From NCBI GenBank assembly GCA_002794465.1, contig MTSL01000093.1, positions 1 through 32,000 on the forward strand: 32,000 nt of DNA. Direction: 5' to 3'. The stretch's first letter is position 1; each line of letters starts with the position of its first letter. Shown piece by piece: positions 19,789 through 30,209 of the stretch. This stretch comes from Paramicrosporidium saccamoebae KSL3. Its lineage: Eukaryota; Fungi; Cryptomycota. A program made the translations under genes and the position numbers. Under the pieces are notes generated by a model. It did not search any database. It saw only the letters and a program-made list of their open reading frames with translations, and was not told the DNA's origin.

Positions 19789-22700
19789 ATGCCACCCAAC
19801 TCCCGTCGCTACCAATCGCCCTCAACACTCTTCCGACGAAAGACTCGCAAAGAGGGCAAATTGCGCCGCTGGAAGTCCGCTGCCTCCAACTGGCTCAACG
19901 GCCTCCCCGTGACTCAGGAAGATTTTGATAGCTCCTCCATCCAGCAGGAATTGCATAGCTCGACTCGAGCACGACGCTCCACCCGAGCAAGCATTAAGCA
20001 TCACTTGAAACCAAAGAATTGGTTCCGGTCGAGGGACAATTCGATAGAGTCAGATTTGGCTATGGCGGGTACACCCGGGCCGCAGCCTAATTTGGAAGAC
20101 AAGAAAGAGGACGAATCTGTAAATTTGGTTTTACAGGAACCACCAGTTGATGAGCGGCCGCCGGTGCGGATTATCCAGCTACCGCCTGAGCCGTTAGCAC
20201 ATGTACCGCTAGCAAACAAGAAGGACGATATTCACTCTACAATGGTAACCAACGAAATTCGCACAGCCAAGTATACAATGCTGAATTTCCTTCCAAAAAA
20301 CATCCTGGAGCAAATGCGAAGAGTTGCCAACATTTATTTCGTCTTTATCGTCTTTCTTCAATGCTTCCCAGCCGTTAGTAATTATAACCCAGTCTTGGCG
20401 GCTGCACCTATCGTGATTATTATGGTGGTGACGGCTATTAAGGATGCGGTGGAGGATTGGAAGAGACACAAGCAGGACAACGAGGTAAACTACTCTATCG
20501 CCCTGACGCTGAATCGTCCTGACGGGGGAGCCATTGTGCAACGGGATACGCGATACCAGAGATTTGCAAATAGAATGATCCATTGGCGTGACATGACAAT
20601 ACGGGCTGTGCAAATTTTGTATGGAAAAATCAAAAGGACGCCGGTGCCAGTGTCCGGACGGCATCAGAAACTTGAAAAGCTGCCCGAAGGACAAGTCAAT
20701 TGGAAACAAACCTTTTGGCGAGACATGCGGGTCGGCGACATTGTTCTCTTGCGAAATAACGAAATGATTCCTGCCGACGTAATGATCCTGTCAACGTCTG
20801 AGCCTGATGGGATTTGTTTCGTGGAGACTAAAAATCTGGATGGCGAGACTAATTTGAAAATCCGGAGGTGTTTGTATGAGACGGAATGGATCAAAAGGCC
20901 GGAAGATGCTTACAACATGAAAGCCACGATTGAGGTGGACCTTCCGAATAACAATCTCTATCTCTTCAATGGCAGAATTATATTTTCCAAGGAAATCCCG
21001 TCTCCAATTAAGCAACAAGAGATGGAAGAGGCAGAGGAATTTAGTGGTATTCCAGCTCTAGAGGACGACATTGATGGAAAGGCGATTATCACTCGATCCG
21101 AGAGTGCATTTGTGGAGCCAGCCGTGTTGCCCGTCAGCCATGAGGGATTACTTCTTCGCGGGTGCATCCTAAGGAATACTGGCTATGTCATCGGGGTGGT
21201 AGTCTACACCGGACCACATACAAAGCTAATGCTGAATTCGGGTGGGACCCCCTCTAAGCGCACTCGGATAGAGCGGCAGATGAATCCTCAAATCATTCTC
21301 AATTTTATCCTTCTATTCATAATCTGTGTCAGCTGTGCTATTGTACAGTCTCAATTTTCTGCATCTGCGGACACGGCGCCATTTTGGGTTTCTGGATTCG
21401 ATTCGGGACTGTTGACGTCTCCGGCCTTTTTGGGTTTTTTGACATTTTGGTCTTCCCTAATTCTGTTTCAAACATTGGTTCCAATTTCAATGTATGTTGT
21501 TGTTGAAATTGTCAAGACTGTGCAGGTATCCATCCACTATGATTTACCCTGTAGGCATATTTTATTAATAACGATACGCAAATGTACCATCCCCCTAGTG
21601 ATCAACGTGCAGTTCCCAGAACATGGAATTTGGCTGATGATTTGGGTAATTCTTTCCATGATGACCTCACTCGCTAGGTCAAATTGAGTATTTATTTTCC
21701 GACAAGACTGGAACATTGACCCAGAATGTCATGGAGTTCAGGCGATGTTCTATTGGGGGACAAGTATACGGAACTCTGACACCGTCAGAGCCAGGTGAGG
21801 CCGTAGAACTGTCAAGATCGTCTTCCGCAACAATGAGGGCGGCGGAATCGGGTAAGTGGACAACTGCCGAGTCAGAGATGGTCACTTCTCTGCAGCAAAT
21901 GCTCACCTACCCTTATGTTCCACCGAGCAAATTTTCCTTTGTCGATGAACACCTCTTCACCTCTATTCGAGAAGACGCAGAGCAGCGAGAGAAGATTTTT
22001 AGCTTTTTCCTGCTACTGACCGTGTGCCACACGGTACTAATAGATCGACCAGTGGATTCTGAGGAAGAGGAAGACTTTGTAAAAAAGTCTGACGATTTCA
22101 AGCCTCACAATCTGCTTTTCAAAGCTCAGTCCCCAGATGAAGCTGCATTAGTTTCGGCTGCCCGTGACTTGGGATTTGTGTTTCTGGGAAGAGACAAGGA
22201 CTTTATTTTTGTCAGCAACCTTGGAGAAATTGAAACCATTACCGTTTTGAATGTTTTGGAATTCAGCAGCGACCGAAAGAGAATGTCGACGATCGTCCGG
22301 CGACAGAATGGAGAAATTGTTCTAATGTGCAAGGGCGCTGACAATATTATATTTGAGAGACTGTCTCAGGATTCTTTGGAATCACAGGTTGCTCAGCTCA
22401 CGCAGAATCATTTGGAAAATTTTGCCGAGGAAGGTAATTTTGTGATACATGCGATATGATCCGTAGGGTTGAGAACACTCTGTTTGGCTCATAGGATACT
22501 AACTGAGGCGGAATATAATACATGGGTGCGACAATACAGTGAAGCATCAGCAGCTATGCACAATCGTGAGCTGTTTATGGATGCCGCTTCTGACGAAATC
22601 GAGCGTGACTTGACTCTTCTTGGTGCCACTGCGATCGAAGACAAATTGCAGGAGGGGGTGCCTGAGTGCATTGAAATGCTCCAAATGGCAGGCATCAAGG

Positions 22701-24505
22701 TTTGGGTGCTAACTGGCGACAAAATGGAGACTGCCATCAATATCGGATTCTCGTGTCGACTACTGAACAAGAATATGGTCTTGTTGGTGATCCGTGGTTC
22801 CGATGAAGAGGAGACTTTGAAGCAATTGCGAAGCGCCTATGAAAAGATATGGAGTCGATACTTTAGTTTTGGTGACACTTCGGGCGAGCAGATTGCTTCC
22901 AATGCCACATCCTCCTTTGCAATGATTATCGAGGGAAAGACATTAAAGTTTGCCCTGGAGAAGAGTTGCCGTAAAATATTTGTCAATCTCAGCTCCAGAT
23001 GCGATGCTGTCATCTGCTGCCGGGTGTCGCCTTTGCAAAAGGCCAAAGTGGTGGAGCTAATTCGGCATGGAAAGAATGTAATGACCATGGCTATTGGTGA
23101 CGGCGCAAATGACGTGAGTATGATACAGGCGGCAGATGTGGGGGTCGGGATTGCTGGCCAGGAGGGGATGCAAGCGGTCATGTCCAGTGACTATGCGATC
23201 GCCCAGTTTAGATATCTGACCCGATTGCTCCTTGTTCATGGACGGTGGTCCTACATTCGTGTTGCCGAGGTAACTCTCCTCTCTCTGTACAAGAATCTGG
23301 CGTTTGTCGTGCTCCTTTTTTGGTACCAATTTTATTGTGGATTCACGGCCCAATACGTGTATGACTACATGTTCCTGCTCTTTTTCAATATTGTGTTCAG
23401 CATCCTTCCCCTGCTGATTCTTGGCAGCTTTGATCGTGATCTCACCGACAAGTATCTGCTGAGCGTGGCACCGATCTATCAGCAAGGCATTCGACAGACG
23501 TCCTACTCGATGAAGCTGTTTATATTTTATCTCATTGATGCGCTCTACCAGTCCATTGTATGCTTCTTCATCCCAATGCTTGCTTACAGTGACACGGCCA
23601 TTACATATAGCGGACAGACTGAGAATCAAACCCTCTTGGGCAATGTTATGGCACTCTCCATTATTACATGCACCAACATGTACATGGCCATTAATACGTT
23701 TTCCTGGGTGGCAGCCATGTTTATTGGACTGGCAATCACTATCATTGCTGTGTTTGGATTTGTCCTCGTCTACAGTCTAATTCCCATGCAAAATTTGTAC
23801 GGATCGTGGAGGAACTTTTTAGATCCAATCTTTTGGGCTACTATTGTTCTTTCCATTGTAATTTCTCAAATGCCAAGACTCTTGGCAAAGTATGTACAGA
23901 CGATATGGAGGCCGGGTGACTTGGACATTGTTCGAGAAATCACAAAGTGGGGATTCGGCCAGGCTGACCTCTGGCGCAGTCTAATTCCTATTCATGCGAC
24001 AATGCCCAGATTGGGAGAGGTTCAGCTGGAAGATGTGATCAAAGCACCAGAAAAGGCAATGATTCGAACTGAGCCTAGAAGGATTCTCGGAATGGAACTT
24101 GCAGACGAAATTCCCATTGAAATGGAAAAAGGCAAATGCATCGAGGTCATTGAAGAGAAACCGCGCCATCGTTTCCTACGTCGGTCTCTCGGGATGTTTA
24201 ACCTCAGGACGGGACGTTTTGAGCGAATGACCGGTTTTGCCTTTAGTCAAGAAGACGGAATGGGAGAAGTGGTCACCCACAACCGACCAAGACCGACCAA
24301 AGCATTTGGGGCAGTCTTTCTCGGTGACAGCCAAGCTGAGAATTTGCGTCGAGTATCACAAATTCCTCCCGTATCGATGGGATCGTTCACCCTTCCCACC
24401 CCGACAGTTCCCATTGCGGCTGCGAGACGCGAGACTAGCAGGAGATCCAATCGAAATAGCTTCAGTTTGCACTTTCCACGTTTTTCAGTTGCCAAAGAGC
24501 GATGA
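19789..24505 (+). CDS. P4-type ATPase phospholipid flippase (Dnf1/Dnf2-ATP8-like); exons 19789-21525, 21555-21645, 21678-22433, 22467-24505
   Basis: [62 protein letters not shown] (phosphorylated Asp), [67 protein letters not shown]-terminal GFAFS. Introns 21526-21554, 21646-21677, 22434-22466. Confidence 0.97.
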
Positions 24506-24582
24506 TTTAGATGAGTGGGACTGATGAATGAGATTAATGGGTTGGGTTGATAGGAAGCAAAGACTGACAAGTAAATGAGCAA

Positions 24583-24664
24583 GACTTGGACAACCATCCA
24601 CTATGGGACTTGGACAACTATCCACTATGGGACTTGGACAACCATTCGCTATGGGGCTTGGACA
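24583..24664. repeat. 24-bp minisatellite, 3.4 copies (GACTTGGACAACCATCCACTATGG)
   Basis: Copies at 24583, 24607 and 24631 (0-3 mismatches) plus a partial at 24655. Lies between convergent stops. Confidence 0.92.
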
Positions 24665-24823
24665 GGATTCAACAAGTTGCCACATGTGCCAAACTCGGCT
24701 AGGTTTTAATAAGCAGGGTTATACAATCGTAGATGATAATGTACAATACAACGATATTCATGGTTCATAAGACATAGAACTGGACTTTTATTCACTACAT
24801 GTTTGCTACTATCATATGGACTA

Positions 24824-25348
24824 TTAGGATGCGTTTTGGATCGGATCGACTGTTGTTGCAATCAGCGGGGACTGAGTTACTGGGATAGGTACTGCTTCTG
24901 AAGTTGGTGACGGAGGACTGGGATGCAGTGGTACAGGCGAACGAGACCGACGTGGCGACTCTGAAGCTGCTCGACCGCCTCTCGATGAGTCTCCTCTCTC
25001 GGGAGACCGCTCTCTCCTCGGAGACCGTCCTCTCCTCGGCGAACGTTCTCTCCTGGGCGAGCGCTCTCTCCTGGGTGACCGGTCCCTCATCCATTCCCTC
25101 GGAGGTCTCTTTGCCCACTGCACCCTCAACACACCCCCTTCAAATGACCGTCCATGCAGCTCATAATACGCATCCTCCGCATCCCGTCCGTCCTCAAACT
25201 CGACAAATGCGTAAGGAGAGGCGCCTGAGCGCGGCGCCGGGATGTCACAGCGCACCAGTGGTCCGTAGCGCTCAAACTCATAGGCCAATGTGCGTGCGCG
25301 GGTGGTGGTCGGGAGACCGTGGATGAAGAGGATGCGACGGCGACCCAT
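24824..25348 (-). CDS. SR-family splicing factor (RRM + RS/RERSP repeats), fungal Srp1-like
   Basis: [57 protein letters not shown], then about five 18-bp-encoded R(E/G)RSP(R/E) repeats (about 24999-25088). Confidence 0.9.
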   Translation of the reverse strand: MGRRRILFIHGLPTTTRARTLAYEFERYGPLVRCDIPAPRSGASPYAFVEFEDGRDAEDAYYELHGRSFEGGVLRVQWAKRPPREWMRDRSPRRERSPRRERSPRRGRSPRRERSPERGDSSRGGRAASESPRRSRSPVPLHPSPPSPTSEAVPIPVTQSPLIATTVDPIQNAS

Positions 25349-25522
25349 GGTCGGGGTTGGTATGAAGCGTGGATTTATTTATTGAAATCTTCATGTCGAC
25401 TTTTGCAAATGTGGCATGTTGCACATTTGATAGCACCGCTTAACTTACAACAACAATTGTACAGAACTGCCGTGATAGGCTCGATTTATAGAAAAAAGTA
25501 ATTGAATTTTCTGACCTGTGGT

Positions 25523-26446
25523 ATGGAGGTGACAAGCTGCAGTCTGTTGCATGAAAAGAATATTCATAGGAAGCTGCTTCATTGCCAGTCCCCCATTAGC
25601 GCTTTGCATTTCGTTGTTGTCGCTGCGGATACTGCTTCAAATGAGGTGGAATTGGTGAACACCATCAACCAGAAAGTGGATTCACTGGCAGCTTTTGCAG
25701 TCTCCATGTCGTTCGAGTCGCTGCTGAACCCCTCTTGGCTGGGAATTATACAAGAACATGATGTTTACGGATATTTTCAAGAACCACGAGAAAGATATTC
25801 AATAGAACTAAAGTCCAGAAGACTTGTTGCTGATGTATCAAAGGAAATGTACGAAAAGTTAGGCATTGAGGGCACCCGTCTCAATAAGACTGGAAGCCGC
25901 TATCGTATTGACTTTGACCTACAGGATTCGAGAATAATGACAGTTGGCCACAAATATCGAGTGAGGCTGCTCGAGAATGTGTCTCGTGTCTTCAAGGATC
26001 CTTTGGAAATGAAGCTGGTTTGTTCAGCCACTGTTTTTGGGCTCATGGCCCCACATTTGAAGGACGTTCAAATGACAGCATTCACGTGTGCTGCGAGAAC
26101 TATAGATTTACCGGTCCCTGAGATCAGTATATCGGAAGAAAATATTGCAAATAGTGATGATATGGAAGAGTGGAATTTATGGCTAGGTTCTATTGTAACG
26201 AGATCCAACGTCCTCCTCGACTGTAACAAAGTTGACCCTTTTATAAGCTCGTGTCGACTTCCTGACGGCCCCACACACAGTATCACTCACATTCGTCTCT
26301 CCGGACTGATTTCTCCACTTCAAATTTCTGAAATCATCGAGTCGCTCCCTCTGAACAAAAGTCTCTGCATCGTTGGACAATCGCTTCAAGGTGGATTCGC
26401 CATGTACTTGGACAGCAAGAAAAACTATCTATTGGTCACCCCATAA
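25523..26446 (+). CDS. RNase P/MRP subunit Rpp40-like protein
   Basis: LVADVSKEMYEKLGIEG..RYRIDFDL and EEWNLWLGSIV..VDPFISS..LSGLISP resemble the Ribonuc_P_40 family. First ATG at 25523. Confidence 0.65.
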   Translation: MEVTSCSLLHEKNIHRKLLHCQSPISALHFVVVAADTASNEVELVNTINQKVDSLAAFAVSMSFESLLNPSWLGIIQEHDVYGYFQEPRERYSIELKSRRLVADVSKEMYEKLGIEGTRLNKTGSRYRIDFDLQDSRIMTVGHKYRVRLLENVSRVFKDPLEMKLVCSATVFGLMAPHLKDVQMTAFTCAARTIDLPVPEISISEENIANSDDMEEWNLWLGSIVTRSNVLLDCNKVDPFISSCRLPDGPTHSITHIRLSGLISPLQISEIIESLPLNKSLCIVGQSLQGGFAMYLDSKKNYLLVTP

Positions 26447-26447
26447 A

Positions 26448-26990
26448 CTACAAGACTGGCTTTAGCACCCTCTTTGACTTTTTCCTAGGCATTGGCGCCC
26501 TCTCGTTCTCCCGCATATAGAACATTCTCAACAGTCCAACACACTCTGCCCGCCACTCCACCAGCAGAGCGACTTCAAGGGGCGGATCGACGAGGTAGGA
26601 ATTGTGTACGGGGATGATGGATCCGCAGCCACCAAATCGTTCATTGTACGAGCCGAAATAGACACGAAGTAGACCCACCCTGCGTAGCGCAGCTGCACAC
26701 ATGATACATGGCTCAATCGTCACATACAGACTAAGCTCGGACATTTTCTCCTGTACTTCTGAGGCGTCCATGGAGGAGAGGAGGGTGTCAAGAGCTTCGA
26801 ATTCGGCATGGCGCGTTGCGTTGCGCGTTTCGTTTGTCCTATTCCTGCCCTTGGCTACTATTTTACCAGTGGGATCCACTATAACGCATCCTATAGGCAC
26901 CTCGTTCACTGCAAGTGCCTCTTTAGCCTACAAGTCAGTCACTTGTCTAAAACTGACCTGCTCGAGGGCAGCCACCATATGCGGTATCAT
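26448..26990 (-). CDS. TAD2: tRNA-specific adenosine-34 deaminase catalytic subunit (Tad2/ADAT2); exons 26990-26958, 26927-26448
   Basis: M..ALEQAKEALAVNEVPIGCVIV, NETRNATRHAE, LYVTIEPCIMC (HAE/PCxxC zinc site), NERFGGCGS, LLRMFYMRENERAP. 30-nt intron 26957-26928 with CTGAC. Confidence 0.94.
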
Positions 26991-27004
26991 CAAAGACTAA
27001 ACAA

Positions 27005-27010
27005 TTTATT
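27005..27010 (-). terminator. AATAAA overlapping the PIG-U stop codon
   Basis: Minus strand caaaAA-TAA-Att. Confidence 0.4.
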
Positions 27011-28340
27011 TTTGATACAGATCTGATGCGCTCAGTTTTGGATTCAGGGCGAGAACGTTGCTCCATACATGCGTGCGAAGCATATCGACAATCAGAACAA
27101 CATGTGCAATGTTGTAGACCAAGGTGGTGGCATAGTAAAAATTGACATTACCGCTGCCCTGGTGGACCCAAAAGTACCAGTTGACCGGTGCCAAAACGGA
27201 GACAAACAGCATCACAACAATGTTTGCATATAAGACGCGAAGTTCTACAAAATGAGGCGAGGTGGGGACGGTTGCTTGAAGTGATCTCGGGGAATAATGG
27301 AATCATTGCCATGTAGAGGGCAGCATCGGCCACGGTGGGATAAGACTGCAGCAGCGACTGTAGTGCAATCAGAATAAATGCCATAAATAGCGGGTCCTTC
27401 CTACACCATCAAGATTACTGGTCCAAATACTTGAATTTGATGGCAACAGGGAATGCATAGAAAAGACTGTGGATCTGAAGGAAGGCGACAAAGAGGGGAC
27501 GGAAAAAATCAAACATTTCAACAAACAAATACCAATAAAGGCCTACATTCGGCTTCAAATTCTCATATAGCAGCCTTGATCCATGCGATGTTAACATGAA
27601 ACGCCATGTTCCGACCAAGGCCCATGACACTGCAAACAATCCGGCTAGTATTGCTACGAATAAGATGAGAGCCGATTTCATCATCTACGCCGAGTAAATA
27701 TCCCACTATGAAAAATGTACGTTTCGTGGTAGGAATGTCAGCACCGGCGCCAAGATGGAAATGGGATGTACTGACAAGTACGTTCCCAATGCTGCATACA
27801 TTATACTCTCAAAAAGCTCCCCAACCATTGCATGATACACGGCGCCCACCAGCGTCAGATGCACCAGCCCGCTGCTACTCCTCGCTGCGCATGACAGGAG
27901 CATCAGCGGATTAAGGAGATAGGCAGCGGCGACGGATTCGACAGCGGCAGGACACTTCCGACGGGCAATGAGGACAAGGTAGAGGGCAACGAGGAGGTCG
28001 ATGGCGATAAAGTAAAAGGATTCCAAGTGGAGGACGGAGATGAGGTCGGTGAGATAGACCATTAAGGGCATCTACAGAGTAAGTATGCCGATGGAGAGGT
28101 ACTGGAAGGCCACTGCCGTAGTCATAGATAGTGACTCCCGACTTTTGGAGAAATGCAACCTCTTTTACTACAATGTCAAAACACTCCCTCGGTACTATAT
28201 GGAAGCCCGACAAATGTTGTCGCCAACTCTACTCTAGTAGACAGCACATTGTACAATGCTGGGAACGCATGCAGAAACAGTCTCAGCAGCACCGCGGCCA
28301 CAAATATAGCCGACAGTCTGAACCGATCTAAATCGAGCAT
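27006..28340 (-). CDS. PIGU: GPI transamidase subunit PIG-U/Gab1; introns 28195-28168, 28102-28072, 27720-27685, 27430-27401, about 27275-27245
   Basis: Spliced product LSTRVELAT..KEVAFLQKSGVTIYDYG, YLLNPLMLLSC, NLKPNVGLYWYLFVEMFDFFRPLF, SYPTVAD, WVHQGSGNVNFYYATTLVY; multi-TM. Confidence 0.92.
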
Positions 28341-28474
28341 GATGACCAATCACTGCCCGCACCAGAAAAGGTGAAATTCATTTCCTCAACTGTATGGATA
28401 GTAGTAGTATCCATACGGCCAGGGATTCCAATAAAGGGTCTTTTAACTTCATCAACTGTACATTATCGCTAGAT

Positions 28475-29656
28475 CTATGGCGAGCGTGGCTCAGAGGTTA
28501 GCGTATACCGTCCCGAACGGAGCTGTTTGCAGGTAATCTTTAGTTTCGCCCCGTCATCAATGCGGATCCAAATCTCTTTGGGTGTGATACTGGTGACTGT
28601 GCCAATCAGCTCGGAGGAGTCTGGCGATCCCAGGACCACAGTGTCACCTTTAGTAAACGATTCATTGGCACAGTACAACCGATCTCCACGCACAGACACT
28701 CTGTCCAAGAGCGCCTCCTCCTCTGCTTCATCGCCCGATGATTTCTGGTTTTGGGTGTTTGCCGATTGTCGTGTTCGTCGCGCCAAGCCCGCTCCGTCAT
28801 CCTAAAATTCTCAGCCATAGAACGTGCAGTCTACCCGTAGAATGACGACCAAGTCTTCGTAAATTTCTGGCTCACCCAGTCCAGTGGACACTCCTAAGCG
28901 TAAAAATTAGATAAAATCCTGTGGGTTATCTTCAACACCAGTCTGTGGCTGTCTTCTCTTTCCTCCTGTCATCACCTTTGCGTCGACACCTTCGCCAGCT
29001 CGCTTTCCGCGCAGTTTCCGTTGCGCCGCCTTTCCGCCGACAATTTGGGCGGCCGCATCTAAGGGTCAACAAACCATCCATTATACCATTCTGTTCCTCC
29101 GCCCCGTCCTTATTATCAAGTAATCGTCTTCGATGCTCAAGTAGGTCGCCCAGAAGCTTTTCTTTTAGATTGGAACGTTCAGACTCGTATTCGCGTTCAA
29201 TCTGGTCGATTTCTGCATCAAAGGCCTTTTGAACGCATGACAGTTGATAATCGCGCAAACACGCTGCCGCCCAGAGTTGCTCATCTAGCCGACTGCGAAG
29301 ACTTTTCTTCTCTTCCAACAGTCGCTGATGGTTCTCTACAGAGTCTAAATTTGTATAATGGGAGTACCTTGGTGGGTGCGAGTGAAATCCTCGCAGATGG
29401 CACGGGCACGGGAACGTATTGAGTCGGGTATTTCAAATGGTTCCTCAACAGGCAGATTTGGGGAGCCTAGGACCGAGCTATCGTTGGTATGTTCAACGAG
29501 TTTGGAGTACTGCGATGGTGTTCCATTTGTCTCCATGGGGTCCACTACCCCCGTCGTATTGTCAGTTAAATCATAATTTCCAAAATTTCCAAATGTTGCA
29601 CCGTTGGTAGTGGTGGATGGCTTGTCAGCTTTAATTCCAAGATTGATAATATTCAT
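28475..29656 (-). CDS. SDS3: Sin3/Rpd3L HDAC complex subunit Sds3 (SUDS3)-like; introns 29367-29336, 29086-29059, 28938-28894, 28834-28802
   Basis: Coiled-coil Sds3 segment (LRDYQLSCVQKAFDAEIDQIEREYESERSNLKEKLLGDLLEHRRRL), QRKLRGK, LGEPEIYEDL, C-terminal beta domain RLYCANESFTKGDTV..GTVTSITPKEIWIRIDDGAKLKITCKQLRSGRY. Start codon tentative. Confidence 0.8.
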
Positions 29657-29985
29657 AGGACGAAAATCGTTCAAAACTAGTGTCGGTTTTGTAGACTACA
29701 GGCGCAGATTAGTAACGAGGCCAGTGTTATACATGATTAGAGAAGCGGGACAAATGCGTAGCAATGGGACGGCGGGATAAAGTTAAGGTAGAAGATTCTA
29801 TTGCGCCCACAGACCAGATTAACTCCCTTTCCACGGGTGTCTCACTCGTGATCCCCTGCCACTCGAGATATTTAACTCGACAACTGTGAGGATGAGATGG
29901 GTATATAACAAGCCAGGGATTGTAGTAAACACGTCATTACTATTAGTCTGGCCCAAGCTGTAAAGGTAGGCATATAACAGGATGG

Positions 29986-30117
29986 GCTGATCAAAAAGTC
30001 GTCATTTTCAGTAGCAATGGGGAGGGGAGTTTGATCAAGAGGTCGTCATTTTCAGCAGCAATCGGGGGGCTGATCAAGAGATGTCGTCATTGTCAGCAGT
30101 GGGAGAGCTGGATCAAG
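29986..30117. repeat. Degenerate tandem repeat, 3 copies of a 38-44 bp unit (GCTGATCAAGAGGTCGTCATTTTCAGCAGCAATGGGG) plus a partial copy
   Basis: TGATCAA at 29988, 30032 and 30071, GGATCAA at 30110; GTCGTCATT(T/G)TCAG in all three full copies. Confidence 0.9.
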
Positions 30118-30209
30118 CAACTATTATTACGGCTACTACTAATATCTCGCAGTTGTTGTATTTCTGGTTTATTGTGACTTTATGTGCCAGTCTGTAATGA
30201 CCAAAGACA

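Noticed and set aside
24485-24685. 66-aa minus ORF with CPSPIVD repeats
   Set aside because: By-product of the 24-bp minisatellite; it overlaps the flippase stop and has no other support.
24904-25326. Alternative minus-frame ORFs over the SR gene (and 24795..25118)
   Set aside because: Shadow frames produced by the 18-bp RERSPR coding repeat.
29846-29862. Minus-strand TGGCAGGGGATCACGAG resembling U1 snRNA stem I
   Set aside because: The essential 5' ATACTTACC and the Sm site are missing; the match is short.
17031-30117. Intergenic repeat arrays as CRISPR-like arrays
   Set aside because: Only 3-4 contiguous degenerate units, no unique spacers of constant length, no cas genes, eukaryotic context.
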